DNA from: Marsupella aquatica
Taxonomy: Eukaryota > Plantae > Marchantiophyta
Direction of reading: 5' to 3'
Assembly (NCBI GenBank): GCA_973895155.1
Contig: OZ316895.1
Coordinates: 15,072,816 to 15,136,815 of the forward strand
Length of the DNA stretch: 64,000 nucleotides
The notes beneath the pieces were generated by a model. It did no database searches, was not told the DNA's origin, and saw only the letters and a list, made by a program, of their open reading frames with translations. Numbering within the stretch: the stretch's first letter is position 1; the number at the start of each line of letters is the position of its first letter. The position numbers and the translations under genes were made by a program. Of the stretch, positions 1-13,590 are shown one piece after another.

Positions 1-285
1 TCCACATTCTCGTTTGGTTTGTAAAAGGAGTGAATGTGCGCTCTGTCATTGTGCGGGTAATCACGCCCGCACAATGCAGAGTTTCTTGTGGGTATTCGGG
101 TTTGTGTCTTCGCAAAGGAAGAGTTCTAGTTTGTGAAGCATCGAGAAACTCGATGCGTATGAGGTGGACAATAATTTTAATTCCAGTCTAATGGAATGAA
201 TGGGTGGCTGGTCTCTTCTCTGTGTGCTCTATGTAGAGCATTAGATCGGCAAGTACTCTTGGAAGAGCTCACGGAAACGGCAGTG

Positions 286-2507
286 ATGGCTGCGGACAAG
301 AAGACTGCAGCATCGGGCTCGGCCGCGCTCTTGGCGAAGCAAATGATAGCGGGCGCCTCGGCTGGCACCCTGGCCGACGCCATTATGTTCCCCATGATGA
401 CCGTAAAATCGCGCCTCCAGGTATTAGTCTTTGCAATTATCTTGTGAGACCACCTGTGTGAGCTGCCTTCCGTTGTTTTTTCTATCGGCCAATCTCTTCT
501 GGTGATTCATGTGCACAGATAAGGCGATTTTCGCAGAAGTTCAGAGTTTGCTATACAGGGATTTAGGTGTGCTGAATGCCATCTTAACAACAGCACTGCT
601 CCACATCTTGAAGATTGCTGTGGCATGTAGCTTCGTAGTGTTTTTCGAGTAAGCTCAAACTTCCTTTCTTTTCGAATGGGTTAGACTCACAAGACGCACT
701 GTGCTCATGATGCTTTCATGTCGCTTCGTAATGGGTTGGGAGTTGCCCAGGTTCAAGGTGGGGGAGGAGGTTATTCGTATAAAGGGCCTGTGGATGCAAT
801 CTCTAGTATAGCTGCCAAGGAAGGTTGGAGAACTCTCTACAAAGGCTTTGGAACAATTTGCCTCATCGCACCTGCTCAAGCCCTCTACCTGGGCACTTAT
901 CAAACTTCTAAGAAAGTATTGCCTGGTACGCCACGTCACTTTCTTCTAACGATCAAACGTCGAACCCTAAAGCTCGCATCTGGCGAGCTTCCCTGCCCCC
1001 CTGTAATGGGGTAATAGGGCTAGAATTGGTCCTCAAGCTTTTTTGACGGTTGCTGTCTCAAGCAACTTGATGTCTGGAATTGATCAGATTGGTTTGGTTT
1101 GATCAGGTGGACAAGATAATCCTCTCACCCAATTTTTTGGAGGAGCAATATCTACCTTTGTGCAATCTTCGGTAATGGTGCCCACCGAGGTCATTAGACA
1201 GCGACAGATGGTTCAGACTTCTCAGGAAGGCGCGTACACGGTCAGCAAAAATTGCCCAACTGTACTTTAGGAGCTATAGTAATTGGATTTTCGGGAGAAC
1301 CCTAAATTTGGGATTTTCGTGTGTTAACAGTTGTCTCCACTTGTCTCAATATTCTCACTGTTTAATTCAAACTCCATTATTTTGCCCGCATCGTCACCTT
1401 ACTGAACAGTTTGCCAGGCTTCCCTGGACACACATTTTTATATAAACGGATTGAGGACTGCAATTCAAGGATTACGCATTCTCTGTCACGAGCATCTGTT
1501 CACTTTATGCAGCGTTTGCAGCATTTTTGCTGTTTTGGCAATTTTTGAACAGGTCAATTATAATATATTTTTCAGCTCGTACTTCTTGAGTCATGACAAC
1601 AGGCTTTTCTGTTGTCCACAGGGTTCGTTACACGCAATAAGAACAATATATCAACATGAAGGAATTCGGGCTTTCTACCGTGGGTTTTTTCTGGCTCAAG
1701 TAGTCTGGGGACCATATAATGCAGTGTATCTACCACTCTGGGAGGGCCTTAAGAGAGCCTCTGTGAGGTTCTCTGGAGCTGAATCTATGCAAAAACTTGC
1801 AATTCAATATGAGCTCGGGAGTGCTTTCTGTGCGGCAGCTGTGGCTGCTGCTTTAACAAACCCAGCGGTACGTGAAGCTTGAGGTTCAATTTCGAACAGT
1901 TATTTCGTTTACATGTGTCTTTCACCCCCGTTTGTTATTTGGCTTTTGCACTGGAAATAAGGTCACGCGAGTTTAAGAAAGACAATCTGGGGCCTCAATC
2001 ATGGCAGTCTTTTTTTGCATGAATCTAGAAATTTGGCCTAGTAAACAGTTGATGACGTCTAGAATAAATTAAACAAAACTACACTCGATCAGTTGTCACA
2101 TAAGTAATCTTTATGGCATGATCTTTTCTAACTAGTGAGCGGGAGCAACGATTGACCGATTCCTACGATGCTGAACCATCCCATGAGCTTCCCTTGATCA
2201 ATAGTTATCAAAGGTTTGTTGAGTATCTCGAACTGAAGCAGGTTTTGGTTAAGTAATTTTATCGTTGTTTACATCGTTTTTGCAGGATATCGTGAAAACT
2301 AGGCTCCAAGTGCAAGGAAAGAGCAACAAAAGTGGCGGCACACAGTACACCGGAGCAATGGATGCGGCTAGAAAAATCTATGCGAAGGAAGGAGCCGGTG
2401 GATTTACCAAGGGGATGTCCTCGAGAGTGTTGTGGATTGCTCCCTCGGCAACAATAATGTTCACAAGCTACGATCAGCTGATGAAAAGACTCCAACGAAT
2501 GTGGTGA
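286..2507 (+). CDS. Mitochondrial carrier family (SLC25) protein, 5 exons (286-420, 751-925, 1107-1240, 1622-1867, 2286-2507)
   Basis: Three carrier repeats with PxxxxK/RxR signatures (FPMMTVKSRLQVQG, VPTEVIRQRQMVQ, NPADIVKTRLQVQG), each followed by an EGxxxxY/FxG motif; GT-AG introns join the exons in frame. Confidence 0.9.
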
Positions 2508-4232
2508 TAAGTGTCTACTACATTGCTTAGCAGATTGTTACACTCATTTGCATTTACAATATTTTTTCTTCATTCGTTTTGGCCGATGTTGGACCAAAAC
2601 GTTGAACATTCAAATTATGATTGACTTCATTGAATGGAGGTTATAAACGACCCTCGAGTCTTCACCGCTGAAGAGTACTTTATTGCAGAATATCTATATC
2701 TTTGCGAGGGAACGGGGTGAAGCAATATCTCACAGTAGCAGCTTGAGGATACCAAATATTTTCACCAGTGCTTAGGGAGGCTGTCACTTTGAAGCAGGAT
2801 TGTCATATATGCAAGTCGGGAAACATTTTATTCTGATTGCAATCGGCAGTCACTCTTTGGAAATTAGACAAGGGGCTCTCCTTCCCATTCCTGACCATAC
2901 CCAACCTCTAAATCAAGGATCGTAGTCCTTCTTTCCTCCCGAATGTCACCGCTATCGAAGTAGTGTCTGAGACATTACTATGTTTTTGGTATTCTACTTC
3001 TACATGTCTTACCGGCGAGGTGAAGAGCCTGCTAAGTGTAGCCAATTGCAGATCCAGCAAGCTGGGAGCCCTCTCAATTCTTGGGAGAAAACAAATTGCT
3101 ACAGCAAATCTGCGTCACCCATTTTCTTTGCGTCACCGGTGCACCCGTCATCCATTCTTGTCCATCCCACTGATCAGCGAAAGTTCCTTCGGCTTTGCTT
3201 CCTCCAAGTACAGTCGTCCACTTGCTGCCGTTAAAGATAGCCAGTCCACGCAAGCAAATTCCTTCCATTTCACACTCGACGGCCTATACAAGAATTTATG
3301 ACGCTTTCTAGTGCACCCGTGACACGATAATGACCTGTCTTCCTCAATTTGTCTTCAATTATCCACTGTACCTACGATGAAACGAAACTCGAACCAAAAT
3401 TGAAATTGGTATCAAAGCAAGCTCGAATGTGTACAACGTTTTTCTCCGTTGGGCCCAGCAATTTATGTTCGTTTTCACATTGGTCACAATTCCGTCATTG
3501 CTCCTGTCACGTTCAGATAATAATATCTCATTTTTTTCCATGGTCTTCCTTATAGCTACCTGATATTCTCCCACTCCCTCTCCCTGTCTTCGATTTTGGT
3601 ATGCTCTGACTTAGTTATGCAGCTGTCAATAAAATATCGTGGGGGCCCACTAAAAACTCAACATCAATGACTTCTGGGCAGTTTGTCCTTGTACACTTCT
3701 TGTCTACTCCCTTGCATATCTGTATGTGACCTTGAGAAAGGGCAAAGTCTAGGAAGACCGAAGGGACAAAATGCCAGTGTCCCATGAACGGCAACAGGAC
3801 AAAAACACTACTGATCAGTTAAGAGTGGCACAGCACGAAATGAAGAGAAATGTAACTAGAAGTGTTTTTCATGAAGAGAAATGTAACTAGAAATGTAAAA
3901 GTTTGAACTAGATAGCAAAATTGAAATATGCTGCGGGAAGCAGCCAGTAAGATAAATACCAACAATTATTACCCACCCAGTCCTTATCTATGAAAACTCT
4001 GCTTGACGGAGCTAATCCTGCCTGGGCTAGTATCCAAACATAGGGTACAATCAGGTCACTACCCATCAGGGCATCGTCACAACAGCTAAGTGTCACAAAC
4101 AGTAAAAAAGCACTAAGATACTACCGGTAGATTATGTTCCTTGTCAAAGACCCAGTAATTTTATGAAAAGTCGGGTCCAAATGGCAATCATCCCAGGGAA
4201 TCAAAATGGGTCCCAAATTCTTCTAAAGCTAA

Positions 4233-4345
4233 CTCAACTCATTATGTCCACAACATATGCGAATGGGCCCCAGAACTCTTGTGAAGCCAACTCATTATGT
4301 CCACAACGTATGCGAATGGGCCCCAGAACTCTTGTGAAGCCAACT
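4233..4345. repeat. 46-bp tandem duplication
   Basis: caactcattatgtccacaac.tatgcgaatgggccccagaactcttgtgaagc occurs twice in tandem. Confidence 0.85.
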
Positions 4346-7300
4346 GCAGTTTATTAACGTTCACACCAAATCAGAATCGGTCAAACTTTCACCAAAATTT
4401 GAGTCAAACTCTCCCCAAACACGTAACAATATCTAGCTCGGGTAAAGGCCATCTTACATCCACCGAAGGAAGCTAGTGGAGAGTCTAGTGACGATCCCGG
4501 GGACGATCTCAGCTGAAGCACTCCACGAATGTAACCCACCGACAGTCTTGTTTTCTCAAAAAATTCCAGTGAATTCCCCTCGAAATGTCCTAACAAATGT
4601 CCACTGTGCAAATCACAAACAAATTTATACAGTACGTACGCAGAATAAAGGGAGAGAACACTGCGTACAGGTCACCGAAACCGAGAGGCCTTTGAAAGAT
4701 ACCCCGACCAACATGTTGGAGTGAAGGTTACTGCCTTACTGAACTGCATGCGGGCCCCTAACTACTGTACAGAGAGAGTACTCAATCATCCTAACATTTA
4801 ATTAAGTTATTGGAGGGGCCAACACCACGTGAATACTCACGGTACTGTACTGTCTTGACTATCCAGCGCCAAGAAGCGCAAAGCAATGTCAAGTTGATGA
4901 TTGAAACAGCGTCCCTCTTTCAAAGACCTCTACAGTGATTGGCCGACTGGAGCCACTCTCAGAGTACGTACACGTTTAAGTTATGTACCGCGCAGGCAAC
5001 GGTGATGAGTTCAGTCCACCCCGGGCATGAAGCGAACGAGCCCCACGAGCCATTACTTCAGCTATGATTTGCTTTATTACCTGCGAAATTTATCACATAT
5101 CCGAGCAGACCACCCCCTCTAACCCCACTCTTTTCAATCTCACACTCATGGGAACAAGGGTGTCAACTACTGTCTATGAGCAAAATCCTCATTTCCCCTA
5201 TTTTTACCCTTGGAGGGTCTCAACTTGGATACATTATTTATGACTCTCCATGTGTCCCTAGATGAATTATGTGTTTGCCTAAGTTAGTCTCTTGTGGTGA
5301 AACCATCACTGTCCACCAGGTTTGGAGAGGACAATGCATCTATTTACTTTAATGAGAACATTATTGACTATTTTAGTAACCTGGATTCACCAGGTTTGCT
5401 TCAGGGACAGTGGTGGCTTAAGCCAACCCACATACTAAAGAGGGGCAAGTTGATAGTTTTGGGGGCAGGGTAACGAGTTTCCTACTTTAGGGGAAAGTTG
5501 AACACCTCTGGCCACTTTTCTGCTCAAATTGAGCTATGGTACTGACACCGCAACACATCTCTGCCCAGAGGTTGGCAGGCAAACAACATCCTTGTTTCCC
5601 TTTATGACTCATACTAGCTAGTATGACAACAAGTCATCCAAGTCATAAGGGAAACTAAGTACAACCCTGTTTGACTATGGTTTACTCAACAATTTAAGCC
5701 AAATAACAAATATTTTGTATTTCAGAGATTCAATATTAACCTTACTAGGTTAGATTCTTTGTACAATAGTAGTAACTAGATTTGCACAAACTAAAATTTA
5801 TGTCGCCCAGTGCAGCAAATTGATGTTTCAGACTTGTCCATAGGAATTATTACGCTGACCGTTTAGTGAACTTTGCAGCAAATTAAATCCTGGATGTGAG
5901 AGTCTGAAACAGCTTACAGGAGGCAAAATGCTCCTGGAACTGTTGAAATAGGTGACAGACACATGTTTTGGCTAGATGTCAGCCACAAGTTTTGGCTAGG
6001 TGTCAGCCACATGTTTTGGCTAGGTGTCAGAAAAAAACAAAAACAAAAAACACTCAATAAACCTTGTGGCTGGGAAAGATTCTTGTGCTGTCTGATCTTG
6101 TTTGCAACTATGATCAGGCAACGTTCATAAAATGCTTCCAACGAATATTAGGCACTATACAGGGAGAGAGGGATTTAGTCTGGGGTTACTAGGTTCTAAC
6201 CTGTGACCATGAAGTGAAAAAAGTTGATTCGCGGTAGCCTGGAAGTTTTGTTGAGCATTCTGTGAGCAGTCCAAATTATGACAGCAGCCCAACCCACGGC
6301 TAAATCACTTAAATAAATCATTTAAATGTAGTACGGAAAAAATTATCGGGTCAAGAAAAAACAATATATTATGGACATAGCAAGTACATCCAAAAATGGT
6401 TACAAACTGTACTATCCGTATAACATTCCAGAGGCAAAATCAAATCTAACTAAAAAAATCAAAAGCTACTTAGTAGACAGTGACTCTAGCCTATTATATA
6501 GAGTAGACTCTGACTGTAACTGACCGCATACCTAAAGTGAGAGTTCAGACCACAAATAGGGAAAGACAAACAAGAAATAGCATGGAATAGTTTTTTGTAA
6601 AAGTTAGGGAAAGGTGAAGAAGTAATCTCGACCATGGTTTATACTTAACCATCCTTCAAACATTGTTTACTTTAAAGTTATCTCTAATAGCTTGGAATCT
6701 TTTATGTGCAATTTTTTTTCTCATCATCTCTAGAGAGAGATATTTGATGAACAACCTCATGAGTGAACAGAGACCATCCTGAAACTACCTACACAGACAG
6801 TGCTTGCCACGGCGAGGCAAAGGCAGAGGCAAGGAGGGAGGCAGAGCGCAGGGGGGAGGCCGGGAGTTTTGGGGAGGAGGAAGCGCACGTGTGCACCCCC
6901 AAACCTGGAGGGCCTTCCCGCTGGGCGGCAGCAATTAATGCAGGCAATTGGGCCTTGCCTGTGGGAGGTCACTCCTCAGGGGTGACCTCGCGCCCCCCTG
7001 GTCTCCTTTGGGTTTGGTGGCCGCGCATGCAGCTGGCTCCAATCCAGTGTTGACATGTGTCAGTCCATTTTTTGGCCTCTGAAGTTTCGATTGTTTATCA
7101 TCTGGTTTGTCGCATGCGGCCTCGCCTTGGTGCTGTTGTCATGGTGTTTTGCTCGACTCCCTTGCTTGTGTCTCGGGGGCCTCAATCCAAGAGGTGTCCC
7201 ATATCACTCTCCAAGTTTTGGGGGAATAAACACCCTAAAAGTTATCAATAAAGTTTTTTTTAGTAATTGTTTTACCCCTAAATTAATGGAATATTCCAAG

Positions 7301-7629
7301 AATATTCCCATATTTGATTTTAAAAACCTATGATTCTTGAAATTCTCAAAATTGGATTAAAATAACCTAATGTTCTTCAAAAAAAAATTTAAGTATTTTA
7401 CTAAACTCAATAAAAAAACCCTATACTTATTCGCACGTGATGGGTCGGAAGAAAAGAAGTGAGGACCCTGGGGCTTGTGTGACCTGCTGACTGGAGGCCA
7501 TTGTGGGGGTTTGGGTGCCGGGCATCCAATCTATGGGGCCTGGGGCCCTAGTGTTGGTGATCTTCGTCTGGCTGTTGCTGTTCGGGTGTTACACTGCTTT
7601 GGAGCCAAGAGTGGTGTTTCTTCTATTGA

Positions 7630-8180
7630 GTCAGAGGTGCGGCCATGAGAGCAAGAGGACTACCACCCATGATAACATTTGGGACGTGGTGGCTGCCATT
7701 GCCTTGGACTCTGGTTATCATGTTGCCATGGAGCAACGACATGTTCTTCCCCCTCAGGATGGTCTTCCTGACCAGCGGCGGGTGGAAGGGTGGGGTTCGA
7801 GCTCTTGGGGATGTGGTTGTTGCTAATCCTACTGGGGGGAGCCATGTTGCGGTTTGCTGCCCATGTGTCTGGCCATGTTGCTGCCAAGGCAGCCCGGCTC
7901 AAGGATGAGGCCTATGCAAGTCGTTACCTGGGGGATCTTTTCTACCCCTTTGCCCTTGAGATTTTTGGTGGTCTCCATTTTACCTTCGACCAACTCCTAT
8001 GGGCTAGTGCAATTTGTTCTATTGAGAGGAGGTCTTTACCCCCTGTTTCTGTCCTCACCGCCTTCTTACGAGAGCGGGTGTGTGTGGCTCTTCAGCGAGC
8101 CCAGGTTTTCACCCTCCTTCATAGGGCTGATGGAGTGGGTTTTAGGGCCTCCTGGCAGGTTCCGCTTCGTGACCCTCCTA
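7630..8180 (+). mobile_element. Decayed 3' fragment of an RLE-type (CRE-like) non-LTR retrotransposon
   Basis: Frameshifted frames give CGH..RTTTHDNIWDVVA (zinc-knuckle/RHD remnant), EQRHVLP..RRV, DVVVANP, AAKAARLKDEAY, FYPFALEIFGGL and RVCVALQRAQ, the usual motif order of the restriction-like endonuclease C-terminus. Confidence 0.7.
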
Positions 8181-11100
8181 TGCAGTTTACTTCAAACTCT
8201 ACCAGGCTTTTCAGTTCTCCACTCAATATGATGTTAGCCTTCACGGCTCCTTTGTAGGTTCCCAAACACAAGGTAGCACTGAAATAGTATAATTATATAT
8301 CCTTGTACTGGAATTTTGGAACAAAATGCCACGGGAGAGGAAAAAACATCAATAGAATGTGAAAATTTGGACACTTCAAAAGGGTTTGGAGATTCATATA
8401 ATCAATTAGGTAATCACCTGCTCCAAATGCTTCTGCAAGTACCAGCTTAACTTGGGAACAAACACATTGAATTGAATAAATGTTTTTACAAGTACCAGCT
8501 AATCTTGGGAACAAACACATTGAGATGAATAAATGTTTTCTTTTGTAGGCTCGGGGAACCAGCCTGCCGGAAATTGCAAGAGGACCCAAGAGCGAAAAGG
8601 CCCACTCATAAATCCTGCTAGGAAGAAGAGTTACCAGTGTGTAACCGTGTGTACTAGATGCTACCATTTCCATGTGCCCAAAAAGTATGACCTAGTAATC
8701 TTTTTTTTTCATGTGCCCAGAAAGTATGACCTAGTATTTTTTTTGGGGGCAGGCATTAAGTATGATATGGACTAAACCTAGTTCTAATCTTAAACCTGTT
8801 CCCACAAAGCTCAGAAGGGAAGAAAGCTCAGCAAAAATTCACGCTGGTCAACAGTTTTTCACTTCTGGACAGGGTTACACACTAAACAGTCATTAGCCTA
8901 TAAGAACGACAAGGTATTGTCTGCTACCGGGGCTCTTTCCATGTGATCCATATTTATTATGTAGATAATATATGTCTCATGATAGCTGGGAGCAGGTTGT
9001 CGGCATGTGGTTCATATGCCACCGCTTTTACAGATCCCAACACTCTGACCTCCCCACGCATGCATACACACAAATTCCGATCACTTGGCAACGAATCGAT
9101 CAATCGACGTGTCGAAGCTTCCGGATAAATTCTATCCTGTTTCATTCATCGTCCCCCTAGGCTCCTACTTTTGGGCTTTCGGGTTTCAGAAGATTGGATT
9201 CTGCCCTTTATCGGCGCAACCTCGACGACATTCATCCTCCCCTATTTCGGGCTTTCATCTTTCAGGATAAAGTGGATTCTGCCCCTTTATTGGCGCACCT
9301 CGACGACTGTTTCGGTCTCGTGTTATAAGGCATCGCTCGCTCGGATGAATTCCATCCTTTCTCATTCATCATCTCCTCTTTTGAGCTTTCAGCTTTTGGG
9401 ATAATTTGGATTCTGCCCTCAGCCGCCCTCCACGACGACTGTTTCGTGTTTGAAGGCGTCGCTCGCTCGCTCGAGACCACACTTCAGAATTATTATTATT
9501 GCCCAGACGCATCAGTGGGTCTTGATCGGGCCGCCTTTCCCTTGCTTCTTCTCCCATCATTCTCCGTCCTCCTTCCTCTCGTCCCCACGTCTTTCGAGCT
9601 CCTCTTCCTTTGTTGAGGTTGACTCGATTCTGTCGAAAAACGCGGCGCGTTGGTCGGCTGCAGCAACTGCTCCAGTTGATCGATGCCGTGCAAGTGCGCT
9701 TCGGTTTTCGTTTTACAGACAGTAGGAAGTTTGATCTCATCTGATCCGTGCCTTCCTCTAAAAGTCTCCGCAGCTGTGTACGTTAGCTGCTGAGTCCGTT
9801 ACGGCTCTCGTCAAAATCCAGAAGGACACTGTAAAGAATTCTTGGCATTGAATCTGGTCGCTCTACTCTTCAGCACGCGAGGCGATTGACAATCTTCTCT
9901 TGCACTTCTTCAGCATTGTTTATGATCGCTTGACCTGTCAATGACATGCACGATTGTGGCATACACACTTGAATCCGTCTATCTCACTTAGCTTGCAAGT
10001 GGTACAGCCGGCTGTGCGATGCTCAAATTCTTCACAATCCTATCCACTTTCTTCTGAAGACAGGTGCAGCCTACTTTCTGTTCGACAATTTGTGCTTAGT
10101 TTTTACTGTAAACGGGATTGGAAATTTTCGGCATTTCAGTCTCGGTCAGCCCCAGCTGCGCACCTCTCTGTCGATCCAATCGTGTAGTTCCGTTTCCCGG
10201 CTCCATACTCTCTGTTTGAAAAGAGAGTGCGTGCAGGACCAGGCAAGCTACAAGGTCTGGATTCACGCTTCAGCTGGCCGGATAGGCACCGGGCTCGATC
10301 CATAACGCGTGAATTTCTCTTCTCACTTGTGGTGCAATCTATCCAATCATCTATGTGCTTTGCACGGACCTCATAAGTCGGATCCCGGCCGCGTCGTTCT
10401 CCACCAGAGCAGCTGGACAGCAGGACGCATTGACCGGCGGCTATACGTACCGGGTGGTCGGAGTATATCAGGCCTCGCCTGCGCTTTACTTCAGCGGAGT
10501 GTGCGAGACAATTCGCTACAGTTCTACGGGAGAGAGACCCAGTTTGATCCTCGGCGTCAACTCGAGCTTCGTTCGTTAGATACGTTCCGCACTAGTCCGA
10601 TCTTAATTCATCTCCTTGTCTACCGGTGCATTATATCAAATCTTACCCTCGGGGGGAACTCGAATCTGAGGGGGTACCTCGACCTCGATCACCTTATCTC
10701 GAAGTAGGTGGATCATACATTTTGGAAGAATCTCAACGTCGACGGATCGTCAGTATGTCTTAGTTAACGGCGCCAAGTTCTCGAGCAGGAGGAGCGGTTG
10801 CTCATAGATACTGGAGGTGCGGATAACTGGTCGCGGAGAACATCGTAACGCTTGTCCATCCGGGTGTCCATCAAATCCTCGTGGATCAACACATCATTCC
10901 GCCGGAATTCTAGTTGAAGCTAGCAAGCGTACAACTCTGTTCGGTGACTGGAGGTTCCGGTAGGGCTGGGCAGGAAGCCTTTGGTTAACAAAGCGAAGGA
11001 CTAAGGTCCTCAGAATCTGGCACTTCAACCTCAAGTTAGGATTGCTCGGCTGGACAATAGATTCGGGATGTCTGCCACTAATGCGGCTACGTCTGCTCAA

Positions 11101-11925
11101 TTGCGGGACCAAGCGCTCGTTATCAAACAGAGTCAGGAGGTAGAAATGCCAAGTATGGATGCACAACTTGGCGATCTCTCTTCCGTGGCTGTGCCAATCA
11201 CAACAGATGCTGCCAATTTTGGTGATCTCTCGTCCGTGGCCTTCCCAAATACTACGACTACAATTAGTACCACTGCAATAGTCCTTCCTGTCGTTGAGTA
11301 CAAGTTACTCATTTGGGAGAAAAGTTTGTCATTGGGAAGAATGTGGTTGATGAGTGTCGTCGACTTCTTTGGGCAACAGTTTTACAACTACATAGCAGGT
11401 TTGAGTGAAAAGATGGAGAAACTGGAGTACTATTGACGATGATGAAAGGCTTCAGAGTAGTACTCGTTACTGACAAAAGTACATTTAACATTCACATCCC
11501 GGCACATTTGGGCATTTCATTTCCCGGCTCCGTGGTAGAAACGAGATTCCGATTTCAGGGAGCTGTGCGCTTTTGATCTCTGGACTGTTCCACTCCCTCA
11601 CGTTGTCTAGAATGCGTTTAGACGTGAACGGGATTCCATCATCATTCCGGAGCCAATCCTCGATACTTTACCCTCGATTTGATCTCTCGATCGTTGTAGT
11701 TAGATGATTGCAAGCAATGGGTCGACATCGATCCGACTGTCTCTTCATATTTCGGAGCAACATATTCTTCTCTGAATTTTCTTAGTCCCGTGTATATAAT
11801 ACATCGATACCATTTCAAGTGTATCGTTCTTTGTCTTGCATCCCACATTCTTTCTCAGCGCTGTGTCTCACGGGTAGAGGTGGATAGAGAGGAATCAGAT
11901 GGGCTGCTGAATCGAGTGGCAGCGG

Positions 11926-12041
11926 CTTGAGGCAGAGATGGTGCACAGCAATACCTGAAATTCTCCAATTGAAAGGTTAGTCATTGAGGCAGAGATGGTG
12001 CAGCAATACCTGAAATTCTCCAATTGAAAGGTTAGTCATTG
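11926..12041. repeat. ~57-bp tandem duplication
   Basis: ttgaggcagagatggtgc(a)cagcaatacctgaaattctccaattgaaaggttagtcattg repeated twice. Confidence 0.85.
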
Positions 12042-12289
12042 GGACACAAAACGGTGAACTTTCCTGCTCATCAAAAGAGTTTCAATTTTGGAGCAGCTGC
12101 ACATTATACCCTGAACCATCAAAAGAGGCCTAGTGTTGTGGCAACCTACAAGATCAATGCCCCTGTTTTGCTAGAGTGTTGTGGGCAGTAAGTGATGTTG
12201 AGCATGTGTGTTGTCTAGGACATTGTGGGGACCCAGCAAGTTGATCCTGACTTCAAAGCAAGTTGATAGTGACTTCAAAGAGTTTGGGT

Positions 12290-13590
12290 TACAGGGAGAG
12301 TGACGGGTTGGGTATGGAAAAGGTTGACAATGGCACCCTTAGGTCCGTCTCATGGTTAAAAAAGAGAGGCATCGCCGGGCATGGAAAATGTGACCGGTTG
12401 AATTGGGCATGGAAAAGGTGGACAATGGCACCCTTAGGTACATCTCATCCTTAAAAAGAAAGGCGTGGCTGGGCATGGAAAACATGGACAATGGCACCCT
12501 TGGGTCCCTCTCATCTTACTTATAAATCTGCAACTACAAGCTAGAGTTGGGGCCAAGGCTTCTAGAGTGAAGCCTCTAGACGTTAACTCCATGGCTCATC
12601 ATGTGAAATGATGAGAAACTGATGTCTATGATATATGTCATGTCAAATGATAATCATGATTGTTTTTTGTTATCATTTCTATTTATATTAAAAATTGTTC
12701 TCTATGACCCAACCATATTATATGTGCATAAGTGGGATGTAGGATAGAAAAACTAGGGATGTGCATAGAAAAGAGTACTATGGTATATTATGTCTGATTA
12801 TTAAAATGATGATATGCATGATATTTTTTTTATCATTTCATTAACCTTCAAAATATGTGAATAAGGAATATATTTTGGTGACATTTTAATTGTCCTCCCC
12901 GCTATTCACGTTCAAAGAACGGGTAGTCGGGCTAGTGGTTAAAAAGGGGCATGGTTGTGTGGTAGCTCACTTGAGTAGTGACTCATAGGGTGCCATCTCA
13001 TGGTTAAAAAGAGAGACATGGTTGTGTGGTAGCCCACTTAACTAATGACTCGTAGATTTTGGGTTCAAAAGTTGTGACTTACTTAGGTCTTGGGTTCAAA
13101 AGTTGTGACACACTGATCTCTTTCTATGGGGTTTCACAGATTTCCCCTTCAACAAAAAACTGTAAGAATATATGTCAAAATGATATCGAACTATATAATT
13201 GCAATGGCAAAATTGGCAAGCTGGTTTAGCAAATGGATTTCTAAGAGTGTTCAAAGTGCAAAAAGCAACAGGTTGAAGGTTGGCAAGCTGGTTTAGCAAA
13301 TGGATTTCTAATAGTGTTCAAGGTGCAAAAAGTGACAGGTTGAAGGTTGAAAAGGTCCATGACGTTGTCAGGAAAAACTGTCACCATACTCAGATCCCAA
13401 CTATATAATAGTGATGGCAAGTTGGCCTAGTAACTGGATTTCTAAGAGTGGTTAAGTGATGGCAAGTTGGCAAGTTGGTCTAGGGTAACTGGATTTTAAA
13501 GAGTGTTTGAGTTGCAAGAGAACCATGATGGGTCGGGCACTGAAAAGTTGCACAGTGGCACACTTAGGTCCATCTCATAGTTAGTAAAAC
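12290..13590. repeat. Patchwork of degenerate direct repeats, including SINE-related sequence at about 12945-13160
   Basis: Recurrent units gggcatggaaaa..gacaatggcacccttaggtcc.tctcatggttaaaaa, gggttcaaaagttgtgac and ttggcaagctggtttagcaaatggatttctaa; 13085-13160 resembles the SINE at 17122-17261. Confidence 0.7.
12514..12935 (+). mobile_element. Non-autonomous Helitron (422 bp)
   Basis: Starts TC(TTACTTATAA) after A and ends CTAG before T; subterminal hairpin c(a)cgttc-aaa-gaacggg 8 nt before CTAG; no TSD; removing it restores ctca|tggttaaaaa, seen intact at about 12349-12363. Confidence 0.85.
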
